From the human T2T-CHM13v2.0 reference genome, Homo sapiens, in the NCBI RefSeq assembly GCF_009914755.1, contig NC_060934.1: DNA of 64,000 nt. The stretch is one strand, 5' to 3'. The notes under the pieces are model-generated. The model was not told where the DNA came from, ran no database searches, and was given only the letters and a program-made list of their open reading frames with translations. Both the position numbers and the translations under genes were made by a program. Of this stretch, positions 43,111 to 56,700 are shown in pieces (the stretch's first letter is position 1; each line of letters opens with the position of its first letter).

Positions 43111-44095
43111 GTCTAGAGATAGAAGAAATACTCTAGAGAGAGTATTTCTCTCTCTTCCTGGCTCCAGAGAGGTGGACTAGGCACTCTGGTCACCACGGGT
43201 AATGCCCCAAAACCCTAAGAACCTTTTGTGTTATTATGGGAGAACAGTTGTCTTTGTCTTCTAGATGCAGGCTAGCTTAGAGTTGAAGAATTTGGCTAAA
43301 GTGTTCAGTGGCTCCAAACAACTTTGCTCTGCCAGTTGGGACACGTTCTCTGTGTCAGCAGGCCAGGGATTGGGGTGGGGGTGTTGTCAACAATGGGAAA
43401 GGAGGGGCAGGGGGAAGGCAAGTTTGTTTCTCAGAAGTAGAATGAGCCACCCCTGCACCTGAAGTGGGTGTCTCTTTTGAAAAGGATTCTTTGGTCTCCA
43501 GGTATACAGTGCTCCTTCCATCACTGGGGTCCAGGTCTGGGCCCCAGGATTTGGACTTCACTCACCAAGGCCAGCTCTGATTTGCTGATGTATCAGTTAT
43601 AGTTTTCAGAAGCCAATTTGCAAATTTCCTTTCAGATCTTAAAAAGGCTGGAAAGCAGAGAGATGAGGGCATAAAGCTTTGTAAATTATCAAAATCCCAA
43701 GCACACACATCTTCAAGCGCACAGGAACCACAAGTCCCCAATCATTATTGTGGTTCTGCTTTTTCCCCTATATTATGTGTTACAATATTACGAGTCAATT
43801 TCCCAGAAGTTTTAGCTGCTTTTCTCTGGCTGCACTAATTATATCAATAACAAACTCACAATCACATCAAATGACTGTCAACATATCCCAGTGCGCCATG
43901 CTCCATGAAATGACTAAATAAAGCAAAATTCCTTTATGGATTCCTTGGAGTATAACTGATCACAAGTTTGAGAATCTTGGGCTAAATCCAAAAGATGGCA
44001 TCAAGCTCCCAGGCAGCTGGCCAAAATGTGAAGGCAATCTGCCTGGATGAACTTCTTCAAAATTTCCAGTTTACTCTTAGCACATCTAAGGTCAC

Positions 44096-44438
44096 TGTAT
44101 GAGTCTGTTTTCATGCTGCTGATAAAGAGATACCTGAGACTGGGCAATTTACAAAAGAAAGAGATTTAATGGATTTACAGTTCCACATGGCTGGGGAGGC
44201 CTCACAATCATGGCAGGAGGTGAAAGGCAGGTCTCACATGGTGGCAGACAAGAGAAGAGAGCTTGTGCAGGGAGACTCTGTTTTTCAAACCATCAGATCT
44301 CACGAGACTTATTCACTATCACAAGAACAGCACGGGAAAGACCTGCCCCCATGATTCAGTTACCTCCCACCAGGTCTCTCCCACAATAACTGAGAATTCA
44401 GGATGAAATTTGGGTGGTGACATGGCCAAACCACATCA
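44096..44438 (-). mobile_element. THE1 solo LTR
   Basis: tgtatgagtctgttttcatgctgctgataaag...ccaaaccacatca; 5-bp TSD GTCAC (44091-44095, 44439-44443). Confidence 0.9.
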
Positions 44439-45119
44439 GTCACACTCCAATTCTTGAATGAAACTGGGTAGGACCAGTGCCCACCCAAATGATCAGAAGG
44501 GAGTGTGTGCCTCCCACACAGTAACTCCCCATTAAATGTGAGTTCTCACGTCAGAGGTGCATAGGGCTGGGGAGCCAGAAGTATGTGAGGTCTCTTTCTG
44601 GGCTTAAAGCAGGGAAGGAACCCAGAAGCCCCCTGCTGAGCAGAGGACTCACTGTGGGGTTTGCCCTTTGGTAAGTCTGAATTTTGGTGGTCGAATTCAA
44701 AAGCCTCCTGTAGCGTGCAAAGGACACAGCTTCAGAGCCTTCCAGGGTGGCTAGCTCATGGTGGTCACGCCCCACCTCCTGTGGAATGAATGGATTCCAC
44801 AGGGCTTAGTTGTCTGTTACTGTCTTGTTTCCTGTTACCCTGGGCTATGTCTCTTAGGCTGCCTCCAAATCTTCAGGGCAGCCTTGGAGGAGCCTCACAC
44901 CGGACTCAGGCTAGAGCTCCCAAGGGAGAGCAAAGCCGTGGGGTGACTAGGTGCTCAGTGAGTCCCCAGGGGAAAGGGAAACTTGGGGAACAGGATGCAG
45001 GGCTGTGCTACCTGGCAGCCCTCCTTTCAAAGGGGATGCATCTCTGGCCATCATAAAAGATTCAGTTCTGTCAAGGGCCTTCCAACATGCAGAGCGTGAA
45101 TGAGGCCTGTCAAGGGGCT

Positions 45120-45890
45120 CCCGGGGCCTCCCTCCCTTCGCCTCCTTCCTCCAGATGATGTTTCTTTCCCTGGGGTCTTGGCAGCTGGTCCTGAGCTCCC
45201 GGCGGCCCATTTCCCGGACCTGCGTTCCCAGGCATGGCCACACGAGTGCGCCCGGCTCCCGCTCCGGATCCGCCTCACCGGGGCTGAGTCAGGCTAGCTA
45301 ACGGGCCGCGGGATCCCAGGGCCGGGTCCCCCGACCCTGCCTGATCATCTGAGGGGCAACTTCGCTGCGCTTGGAAATCCTCTTGACGACTTTGTCTGCC
45401 AGGACGCCCCAGCGGGGCCAGCTGAGCGTCCTGGCCTGCGGCTACAGCCTATGGTGAGGGGTGGAAACGGCGCCCTCCTCCAGTGCTGCAGAAGTGATGA
45501 AGATTCCCGCGACCTGGAGGCACCAAGTCCTTCTCAAGCGCAGGGGAGAGGGAGGGCGCGGTGCGGGGGGGTCCTGGGGGGCTCCCTCGGAATGAGGGAT
45601 GGGTCTCCCGACGGCGCCCCCAGCCAGGGCCAGAAGCGTGGGCGCGCCGCGTTCCCGGTGCTTCCGTGCAACACGTTTCTGTCTCTCCCGTTTTCCAGAG
45701 GGAAAATTTGCCGTGGGAAGCAAGGATTCCCGAGCCTCGGTCCTGTCCACGCGGTGCAGGGCACCTGTCCAAGGTGGGCCTGGCCCGGACCTGCCCAGAT
45801 TCAGCCAGGTGACCGGGGCTGCAGGCAGATCCAGATGACAACGAAGTGCTCTCCCCTCCATTCTCCAGGCCTCTCCTGCGGGGACCCAGC
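45120..45890. promoter_or_regulatory. CpG island-like region (orphan promoter/enhancer candidate)
   Basis: Abrupt rise in GC and CpG density in non-repeat sequence; AP-1 TGAGTCA 45285-45291; G-runs 45543-45581. Confidence 0.75.
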
Positions 45891-46199
45891 TGGAAGGCCT
45901 ATGGGCTCCCACCCCTCAGGGCAAAGGCTGGACTTAAGGGCCAGGCTTTCCAGGTGTCATTTCCTCTCCGAACCTCTGGGTGTCACTCACCTCGAATTTC
46001 CTGTCTTTAGTTGGGCATTGGCCGACAGAGCGCGGAATCTCTGCTGCCCTGCTCAGGCAGAAGGGCTTGGCCTCCTTCCCACAGGCCATGGTCCCCAAAC
46101 ACCACTCAGCACCCCCAGGCAGGCTGCACATCTGGATGGGCATAGGGGGAATAGGATCCCACACTCACCCTCACCATGGCCTCAGGCTGTGCAGAGCAT

Positions 46200-46600
46200 G
46201 CTTCCAGGTCCTTGACTTTGGGTTTGGGCAGATGACTTTGGCCAATGGAATATTAGCAGTCATAGGGTTAGCAGAGGCTTTCAATGTGCTTGAGAGATTG
46301 GCTTTGCATCCCCGCACTTCACTGATTGAACCTAAATGAGAAGCGTTTCCTCCTGGTAGCTGCTGCCCTTTCATCCTGGATCCCATAATAAGCACACATA
46401 GAGCAGGCCTGAGCCCAACCTGCAGTGGGAAGCCGAGCCCTGCAGTCCCACTGCCCGAAGCAGAGCCGACCTGCTGAGCCCAGCCTTGACAAGCATCCAG
46501 TTGTCTTCAGTGGGCCACACTTACAAGCATGGGAATTAGTGCTTATTGTCATATGCCACTGAGAGCTTGTGGAGGTTGTCCAGCAAAGCTGACTGACCAA
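46200..46600. mobile_element. MLT1-type LTR relic
   Basis: gactttggccaatggaatattagcag...gccactgagagcttgtggaggttg...gctgactga. Boundaries approximate. Confidence 0.55.
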
Positions 46601-46744
46601 TGTCCTTTTCTCAGTCAGGCCTGAATGACTCATAGCCCAATTCCATGATACAAATGATATCATTGAGACAATGATATTTTGAAAATTGTGCAAGCCACAG
46701 AGCTGTCTTCCTAAGAGCTTGTATGGTGTGTATGGTGTATATGC

Positions 46745-46745
<1 letters not shown>

Positions 46746-46779
<34 letters not shown>
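46746..46779. repeat. (TG)n microsatellite
   Basis: Directly visible. Confidence 0.95.
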
Positions 46780-46780
<1 letters not shown>

Positions 46781-49194
46781 TGTATGTGTGTAGGCAGGGG
46801 AGGACACTATCTTCAGTCAGAGTTCAGGCAAATGCCCTGCACCACCAGTACAAGGTGAGGGGCCAGGCTGCTACCCAGCATCACCCCGGGATGGAATTCC
46901 GCAAAGACTTGATAGAGGGGCCCAACTTGATACAACAGTGTTCTTATTAATTGTCTCCAAATCTTGTAGCCTCCACTTATGGAACAATTGACACCGCATA
47001 GAGAGATTGTGATTTTCTTTCCTTTTCTCTGTTGGGTAGGGCTAGAGCAGCTGTCTTGTCTCATTCAAAGCCATGGAAGACGCCACCGCCAGTTACGCTG
47101 GTATTTCCAAGCATCATAGCTTTCCTTCCCTGTAGCTCAAGTACAACAGCATGTTCTAAGGATCCTGATTTGCCTCGAGTTTACACACCTGATAAGTGGT
47201 TTCCTTTGCAAGAGCCATAAAACACAGTGGATGGTGACCTGCGGGCCCAGCACAGGTATTCTAAAGCAATTAGCCACCAGCCAGGAAAAGCCATTATACG
47301 AACAGTGGGCTGAGTTGTGATGGACAGGTCGTATTCCATGAAGATTCCCGATTAGAACTCTGGAAAAGGAGCGAACAGACAGATTGGCAAGCCTCCGCCT
47401 CTACTTTTACCCATTAGTAGCCCTCCGCAGGTCACGGGGTGTTACAGCTGGGCTTTGGCTACTGCAGCCCCCTCTGCCTCCCTTGCTGCAAAGCTGAACC
47501 CAGTGGTTGACTGGGGGGGATTTCTGGCCAGGCCTGGACCCCTCCCCCTCTCCACTCCTCCCCAGCCTTTACTGCCCTGTGTCTTTCTGGGGCATTGCTT
47601 TGTGCAAAGACAAGTAATACCAGGGAGTTGTCAGGAAATATGCCCCTCACAGACCCCCTAGGACTCACTGCAGCTGACATCTGAGCTGCTTCTCTTCTAA
47701 AATGTTGCTCCTAAAGCTCAAAAACAGGAGCAGATTTCAGCAGCTGCTCCAGTTTCTCTCGGCGTGATGAAATAATGAGGGAGAATTGCCCCGTGACATC
47801 TGATACAGAACGTTCCTGTTTCCAGTTTACCCACATAACAAGATAGTTTCATTGATAATGAGATAAGCAGAGAGCGGTGCTCGGGAAGGCCTGGTGTCAT
47901 TATGGAGCTATTTCTATGTTAATGGCGATGAGAGGAGAATGCAGAAACGGCTGTCACAGATTGACAAGGGTGATGTTAAATACGCCTGCTGCAATGCAGC
48001 CGCCGTGGAAGGCCCCATTCAATACGTGGGCTGAACAAACGGTGGGTGACTTGTATGCTTTGTGGAGAAGGGGGTGTTTGTGCCCCTCTCTGAACCCTCC
48101 TTGCCCTGCTCCCACAATCTTTGAAGCCGTCTCTCTCACCTTCTCTTGTCGGGCATTTGACCCTCTCTGCCTACGGGCCAGCCTCCCAGGGTTATCCAAG
48201 AAGGGTCTTTGAGATAGATACAAAGCTCAGGTCATCAGCCTGGGAGGAGGCCGATCATACTTTAAGGGGCCCAAAGTTGAAGATAGGGAAACTGACTCTA
48301 AGCTGGACAAGGGATAAAGTCATGAGATTAACTGAAGTAGATGATGGAGAACCAGATCCAAACTTGCTTAGGTGGGAGCAGTTCAGGTGTGGCTGATTTG
48401 GGTTTGACAGAAGCCGTACGGATGCTGTTTCTTTCCATCCTTCTTTACGCTCCTGTCTCCTCCATGTCATGTCTGGTCTCAGGCTCCTACCCCTGGCAGG
48501 ACAGCCACAATCTGTTAGGCTCTAGGGGGAGAGGGAGAGTCCCTTTCTAGGAAACCCAGTAAAGGTGTCACTCCCTACCTGTGACTTAGATTGGGCCATG
48601 TGTTCATCTCTAAAACTGCATCAGTTGAGAAGCAATACTCTGACTGGCCAGGCCTGGGCCATGGAGTCTACCTGAGTCACGTGGTCTGCAGGCAATGGTC
48701 TTTCGTAAGCCATTGCCAGAAGTCCAGTGAATCATACTCATCTTCTTTTGGGCTCACATTTTTTTTTTTGTTTGTTTTTCCTTCTTGAATCATTGTTGTC
48801 TGAGAAACGAGGGACAGAGAAACTGCGCATACTGCTCCTCTCCCTGTCCCATAGGAAGAGGTCTTTAGCGTGGCCCAGAGCCTTCCTGGTTAGGCCTCTA
48901 CCCTCCCACCCCAGCTGCCTCTCCGACCCATCCCGGTCCCCCAAACAGCGTGCTTTTCCATCCTTGTGCTTTTACATGAGCATCTGCCCAAGGGGCCCAG
49001 ACTTTCCTTCTCCAACCAAAAGACTCCTATGGATCCCTCAGGACCCAAATTGTCTCACCCCTTCTGTGATGCTTTCCCCGAGTTCTTCCAGGCATTTGTC
49101 TACGGTCTGACTCCCTGTAAAACTCTTTATCACATTGTTATCTCATGACCCTAGGAGGCTAGGAGCTCCTGGAAGACTGTATTTTAAAGTATTC

Positions 49195-49906
<712 letters not shown>

Positions 49907-50345
49907 TAATAGATGATAACAGCTTGCCACATTTGTTTTACCTTTGTCTCTCTCTTTGAAGAAATAAAATATTAAAAGAATACAACTAAAGCCCCAATAC
50001 TCCCATTCCCTTCCCCTCTACTCCCAGGCTTCTGAAGTTGAGTTAAATCTCTATTCAATTTCACACTCTTCAGAATTATTCATGTTAATTTATAAATATG
50101 TTTTGTTCATTTGTACCGCAGTGGAGTGCTTTTGATTGTAAGAATAAACCATGGTTACTTATCCTTTTCCCTCCTGGGGAGTACATTTGTTTCTGACTTT
50201 TCAACATTGTAAACCTTCTGCAGTGAATGTTGTTGCCTGTATCTCCTGTTGCCAAAGCAAGAATCTATCAGCAGGTACACTAGTAGTGGAATTGTTGGCT
50301 TTACATAGGGTGTGTGCATCCTCAGCTTTAAAAAACATTGTCAAG

Positions 50346-50500
50346 GCCAGGTGCCTTCCCAAGTGCCTTCCCAGCTACTCAAGAATTAGAGCAGGGAGGA
50401 TTTCTGGAGCCCAGGAGGTTGAGACTGCAGTGAGCCATGACTGCACCACTGCATTTCAGCCTGGGCAACATAGTGAAACCCTGTCTCAAAATCAACAACA
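50346..50500 (+). mobile_element. Partial Alu (old)
   Basis: cccagctactc...gagactgcagtgagccatgactgcaccactgc...ccctgtctcaaaa. Confidence 0.8.
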
Positions 50501-51579
50501 AAACATGAATAAACTTTACTTGAGTTTTCTCCAAGTTCAGTCTGACTATAAGAAAATGAAGTCATATTTTGGTTCATTTTTATTTGCCCTATGACTGATG
50601 GGGCCAAGCCTTTTTTCATATGCTCGTTGGTCATTCAAGTTTTCTCTTCCACAAATTGCTTGTTTTCCTAATTAACGGGTTGTCAGTCTCTCTGTGCCCT
50701 GGAGCCAACTCCTTTGTTTGTTATACACAACCTTGTCTTATCCATCAGTAGTACATCCCTGCATCTTTCTCAGTGCCAGACAAGGGGCCAGCCATTGATA
50801 AATTTTTACTGGAAAAGGGAGAAATGAAGAAGACAAGCCCTCTGGAACCTGCAAAGCTGTTCTGACTGTCCCCTGGGGGTGACCTGCATGAGCACAGGCC
50901 TGTTTAGGAGATGGATCTGCCTGGGAACTCGGCACTAGGTCTGAGCAGATAGACAGCAGTGACAGCCAGACTGGGCAGGGAGATGGCCGATGGGGAGGGG
51001 GCTGCTGAGTCCAGTGGACCCTTTCTGGGCTCCACCCTCCATGAAGAGTCTCTAAGCCTTGCTGACTTTGTTGCCAACAATTCTTCAAGAGGCCACCCTG
51101 AGATATCTGGAAGGCAGTAAGAAATCTGGTCACTTCTACAAAATGCCGGGATCCCAATCCCTTTCCCAAGGTGAGCCCATTAGCCGCAATCCTCAGGACT
51201 CAGTTAGACATTTAATTTCCAGTTTCTCCAAATCTTGCTCCCGTTCTGAGTCATTAAACAGGCTCCCAGGCTGTCTCCATTTGAACATGCACTTGGCCGA
51301 GGCAGCCCTGGGTGCTCTGCAGGGAACATACGCTAACAGCTCCCCTTCGAGCACTGCCTGGGAGAAGTGTGGAGCCCAATCCAGCCCTCATCACGTCCTT
51401 AATTTCCAAGCACCACTTGCAGCCATGCTGTGGCGAGAATTCAACTCTTACCTGCCTGTGAATGATTCTTTAAATAAATACAGTTTACACAAAGCTTTGA
51501 GAGGACAGGAATCATAGCTGACGTTGCCCAGTGTCCCAGCACCTAAAATGTACCTGGCACTTAGGAGGCCTCAATAGTG

Positions 51580-51883
<304 letters not shown>

Positions 51884-53144
51884 TAGTGATTTATCTAAGA
51901 AATGGATGAAGGGACCAGAACAATTGACATTATCAAGGTGGCAATTCTCTTTGAGTTTATATAGAAATAACATTTATTCGAGTAAAATATTATGAGATAA
52001 ATATCATCTTTTTTAAACATTTAATCTAATCATTTAAAAAATTTATCTAGAACATAGAAGAATAGCCACTGAAATCTTGATATGAAAAATTTCCAGATAT
52101 TAAACCTTGCTTCAGATATTAAAACCTATTATAAAGGGACAATAATTGAAAGAATATGGTACTGGTATAGAAGTGGATATATCAGTGGACAATATTAAAT
52201 TGCTGAAATATACCCAAGTAATGCAATAATTTAGTTCATAGTAAACATGGTGTTTCAAAAGGGTAGAAAATGATTATCCAGCTTCAAAGCGGGGAGTCTC
52301 TGAGCTCGGAGCTCTGAAGGGCCTTAGCAGTTTGGCGCCTTATAATTGCAAGACCCTATCTTATCAAGAGGTGACAGCTGTTGGGTGAGATGGGGGGAGT
52401 TTGCAAAGCTAGCAGTCTCTAAATGGATAAAAAAATTGCTTGTTTGAGCTATTTTAAAAATAATTGGATGTGTAAAAATTTTAGCTGGGTGCTGGCAGGC
52501 TTTTGAGCTAACAGATCTCAGCCTGCAGTGCAGAAATAAGCAATCCATGGGCTAATGTACAGAGGCCATCTTTGGCTCATTTATAAAACAAGTCCCTGTT
52601 GGCAACTTCAGCAGCTACAGCTGGTGGGATCACCTCCCCGCTCTCCAGAGGAGCTGTGTATAAAGGGACTCCATGATGCTTCCCAGTGAGAGTCCAAGGT
52701 GAGCAAGCAACTTCCCTTTCTGTGCGTTTTCCTACCCTCCTTTTTCCCATCAGCCTCTCATGATGGTCATGACAACAGGCAACATCTGAGCATTTTTTTT
52801 TTGCCAGGCACTCGGTCAGATGCTTTCATGGAAACCATCATCAAATACACAAAGCAAATTTATGAGGTAGCAAATTTATGTATCATCTCCATTCTACAAA
52901 TGAGGAAAGTGGGCAGAGAGGGGCTGAACAACTTGCCCTAGGTTTCACAGAGAGCACAAAGCAGAGCTGGGTTCTGATCCTGCAGGCTAACTCTCCCCCA
53001 GTGCCCAATGCAGGTGGGCTTCCTCACCTGCACACCTCCGCTTCCCTCCATCCCTCACCCCTAGTTTGTTCTCCTCCTTTTGGTACAAGTGTGTTTCCTG
53101 TAGCCCTCTGCAAGGCCTCCTTCTGGTTCTAGTCCTTCCTTCCA

Positions 53145-53760
53145 TATCAGTCAGGGTCCCCCTGGGAGACAGAACCACAGCACTTATTTGAGCAGAGAGT
53201 ATTTTAATATAAAGAATTGTTTACTAGGCATAAAATTGTGAACTCCATAACTGAAAGGACATAAAAAAGACTCTAAACTATCACAGACGTGGTGACTGCA
53301 GGAAGCAGCACTCACACCTAGGGCTGGAGGAATAAGGGAAGAGAATGGAATTATTAAAACTCAAGGCTTGGGCAAAGCCCCTGGAACTGGAACTCAGATT
53401 GAGTAGGGAGTGATGGCTGGTGCTTGGGTTTCTGCAATGGGTGGGAGGGTAGATGGGATGAAAAAAACTGCAGAATGAATCCAGCTGCTGCTACAGGAAG
53501 GAACTGCCTTTGCTGGGGCGAAGAGGCATTGCTAGGGTGATGCTCATAAGAGCAGAAGCCAATGGGAAGGAGCAAGTTCTGCTCCATCCTCCAGCTCCCC
53601 AGTCTCCCTGAAGTGCCCCCTACTGGTAAAGTCCAACAGGGAGCAGCCGGCAAAGCAGAAACGTGGTTTGCAGCATCCTAGCCTCAGCGTCACTGAGCTG
53701 AGATAGAAGGGTGGGTTTGGAGCTGAGAGACAATAAGTAGTACACCTTTCTGTGGCCAAG
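53145..53760. mobile_element. Old ERVL LTR, LTR41-like
   Basis: tatcagtcagggtcc...gagacagaaccac...tttaatataaagaattgtt...gagctgagagacaata. Family from recall; contains a CTCF motif. Confidence 0.5.
53613..53626 (-). promoter_or_regulatory. Strong CTCF motif
   Basis: Minus strand CCAGTAGGGGGCAC. Confidence 0.6.
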
Positions 53761-56700
53761 GTTGAAGCCTTATCACTTAGACTTCAGGATATGCGCCTCA
53801 ACCATTTCCTCTCTGCTAAGCTTTTGGGGAGCTCTGCTTCCAATTCCCACAGAGTTATTGTTCCTCTTCCATGGGGTACAGATGGCAGAGTGCCAGGGTC
53901 CCTCTCCAAACGGAACTGAGAAATGTACATACCTATTATGTCCTCTGCATGCAGGGCCTGAGACTCGGCCATGTACACATCCCCACCCTGGGTACCTTGG
54001 AGTCCATATTCTGCTAACTGTAAGTCCCCGGCATTTAGCAAGTCCTTTCCCAGAGACACTCGGGCTGGCAGAGAGGGAGGACAGCTGAGGCCACGCTTCT
54101 GTCCCTTCCCTCCCCAGCCTGTCCAGCTCATTCCTGTCATACGTGTTTGCCTGAGCGTGGCACTGACACCTCGTGGAGTTTGACCTTTCTAGAAATGAAT
54201 AATTTGATTTCTCAGGAAAGTAGTGAACGTAAGGTAAGCTTTAGCAATATCAAAGCAGCACATCGATTAAATATCTGCCTGAGAATTCTCTCTGGGTTTC
54301 TGTATTCCAAAAGGCTTACAATAAAATTAACTCCAAAGTTACTGAACTGAGAAATGTACAATTACTGTCTTGTTGATGCAATAAAATAGAAAGGACTGTT
54401 TAGGCATTTAATTGGCACCCAACAACATACGATGGTATGTTAGTTAGACATCAATTATGACAGAATGCTAATTGACATTTGATAAGCATTCTCACTGATA
54501 ACCAATGTTTGCTCTGCCAAATTAAATGCCTCAGTGGGCTGTGTCTGACAGCTGGGAGGGGGTTTACTAAACGGCTGCAAGTGCCTGGCATCCTCCAGAT
54601 GGCTGGGGCTTTCTCTAGAACATCCTGCTACTCCTTGGGAAATACTTCCAGGGTCAAGTGATTGACTTCTCCTCGTTGCTTCTGGGAAAAGAAGTCACCC
54701 TTCTCAGGGAGCCTGGCCTCGCTTACCTTCAATGCCCAATACCTTCATCTTCCCATCACCTGTCTTCTCTTCTCAGTCTGTGCAGCCCCACATTTCAGCC
54801 CACTTTCTGTAGCCTTTACAGTCAAGCCTATTTGAATGCTAAACCTGGCTCCACCATTTTCTAGCTGTGGGCCCTGACTCTGGGCTTCGGTTTCCCCTTT
54901 CTGCAACAGGAATCTTGCCTAAGTATTAGGACTAATGGGAAGAAAGCGGTGACCTCAATTTTTAGCACAGAGCTGGAGCTCAGTAACTTTGATTTTCTGT
55001 TCTCTCCCCTCGTTTTCCCTTCTGGCCTCCTATTCCTACTCCTGGGCTATGGCTTTGTGCCACACTGTTAGACTGTGACCCTGATGCCATGGTTCTCAGC
55101 CCTCCATCTGAGCTGAGACCAAGCTTTGACTACCATCAGAGAACAAATGTGTCTTGAGCTTCAGATTTAAGTGCTGGTCCCACCATGCATTAGCTGTGTG
55201 ACATTGAGTCAGTTGCTTCACTTCTCTGTTCTTTGGTTTTCTCATCTGTGTTGTGGGGATGATAATAATAGTACTTACCTTCAGGTAAGGTAAGATGCAA
55301 GCACTTAGGGTGGTGCTTGTGCATGGAAAGTGCTCAGCATATATCAGCTTGCAAACATCGTAAACATTAGACCCAGCCATCTAGGGTGATGCCACTGAAT
55401 TTGATTCTCAATCAGGTTTTTTTTTTCCCCACAGCAACCAGCTCTTGAGTGGATTCAGGCTTCCACAGTCTCTTGTTTCTAGGTGGCAATGCAACAAGTG
55501 GCCTCATTCCCTCTCCTTTGCTTCCTGGACTTCTGGATCATTTCAGAAAGACTCTGGCTGCTGTAATGCGGCCACTGCATGTTTTGTTAAAAGATCGCAC
55601 ACGTGTGTGTGTGTGTGTGTGCACACTTGCTGGTACACACAGTGGTTAGGAGTTAGTGAGTCCTAATTCCTTTAGAGTACAAGAAATATGTGACTCTTTC
55701 TTTCTTTGCTACCAGTTAGTATTCTATTCTTTTACCTGGGAACTTAGATTGCCTATGGATCTAGGTCAAGTCAATGAAAACTAATTTACTGAATGGCTTA
55801 TTTGCCAAAAGCCAACTCCCCAAGAGTTAATTTGCTGAAAATCCATTTGCTGAATCATCAAATTACTGAATGGCCAATTCCCTGAACACTGTCCAACCCT
55901 TAACCATATGTAGGCTGGGTGGCCGCAGACAGTTTGCTGTCAGAGCAAGAAATACATGTAGAAGTAGACTCAGAAGGTAAGCAAAGAGTAAGGCAAATGT
56001 CTCCAAAAGTAAAGAAGATAGGAAGCTGAATCTACGAGAAAGTCTAACTGTTCACAGTTAAATGATGTCCACTTAAGAAGTGCTCTGCCTTTGAACCGTG
56101 AAATAGACAAGGATTTCAAGCCTGGGCAGGCTGCTTTGTGGTTAAATACCTGTAAGAAAGTGACACTGAAACTAAAACAAAAATCAATTTTCAATAATTT
56201 GGTAGCTCAATCATTTACAAATTGGCTGTAGCAAGCGGATTTTCAGTCAATCAGTCTATTTCCTTCCCTACCATAGCCTAGCCCTCAGGTATGCTAGGTA
56301 ACACTAAGAAAAGCCCTTTTAGAGAGGGCGGCCATCTGTCCATAGAGAACGGGGCAGAAGGTGGCATCTGGTCTGACATCTACATCTCAGCCAGGGCTGG
56401 GGCAGGGAAACCTGGGAGTGGGAAGTGGGGCCCAATAGCCTGAGCTATTGGTGGTGGTCAGGTTAATGATTGAGCCAGTGGTAGCTCTCTGTTCCTAGAG
56501 GCATGCTTACCTCTAAGGCAGACCCCAAACACTGCCAAGAACAGGACACGCAGAAGCTCAGAGGAGGTAGCCTTGGTCCAAGACAATAGGTAGGGCTATG
56601 GGGCAGGATCCCTCTTCAGCCCCAGACCTCTTTTTAGGAGCAAAACAAAATTATCAGAGGCTGGGGACAGACTCTGGCGCTCAACCTGAGCTGGGGACTC

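Noticed and set aside
43124-43149. Perfect 11-bp inverted repeat AGAAATACTCT-AGAG-AGAGTATTTCT
   Set aside because: Short, AT-rich and next to a DNA transposon end; no supporting context for function.
45442-46215. Overlapping 254-, 156- and 130-aa ORFs
   Set aside because: They sit in GC-rich island sequence where stops are rare, are open on both strands, and show no recognisable domain.
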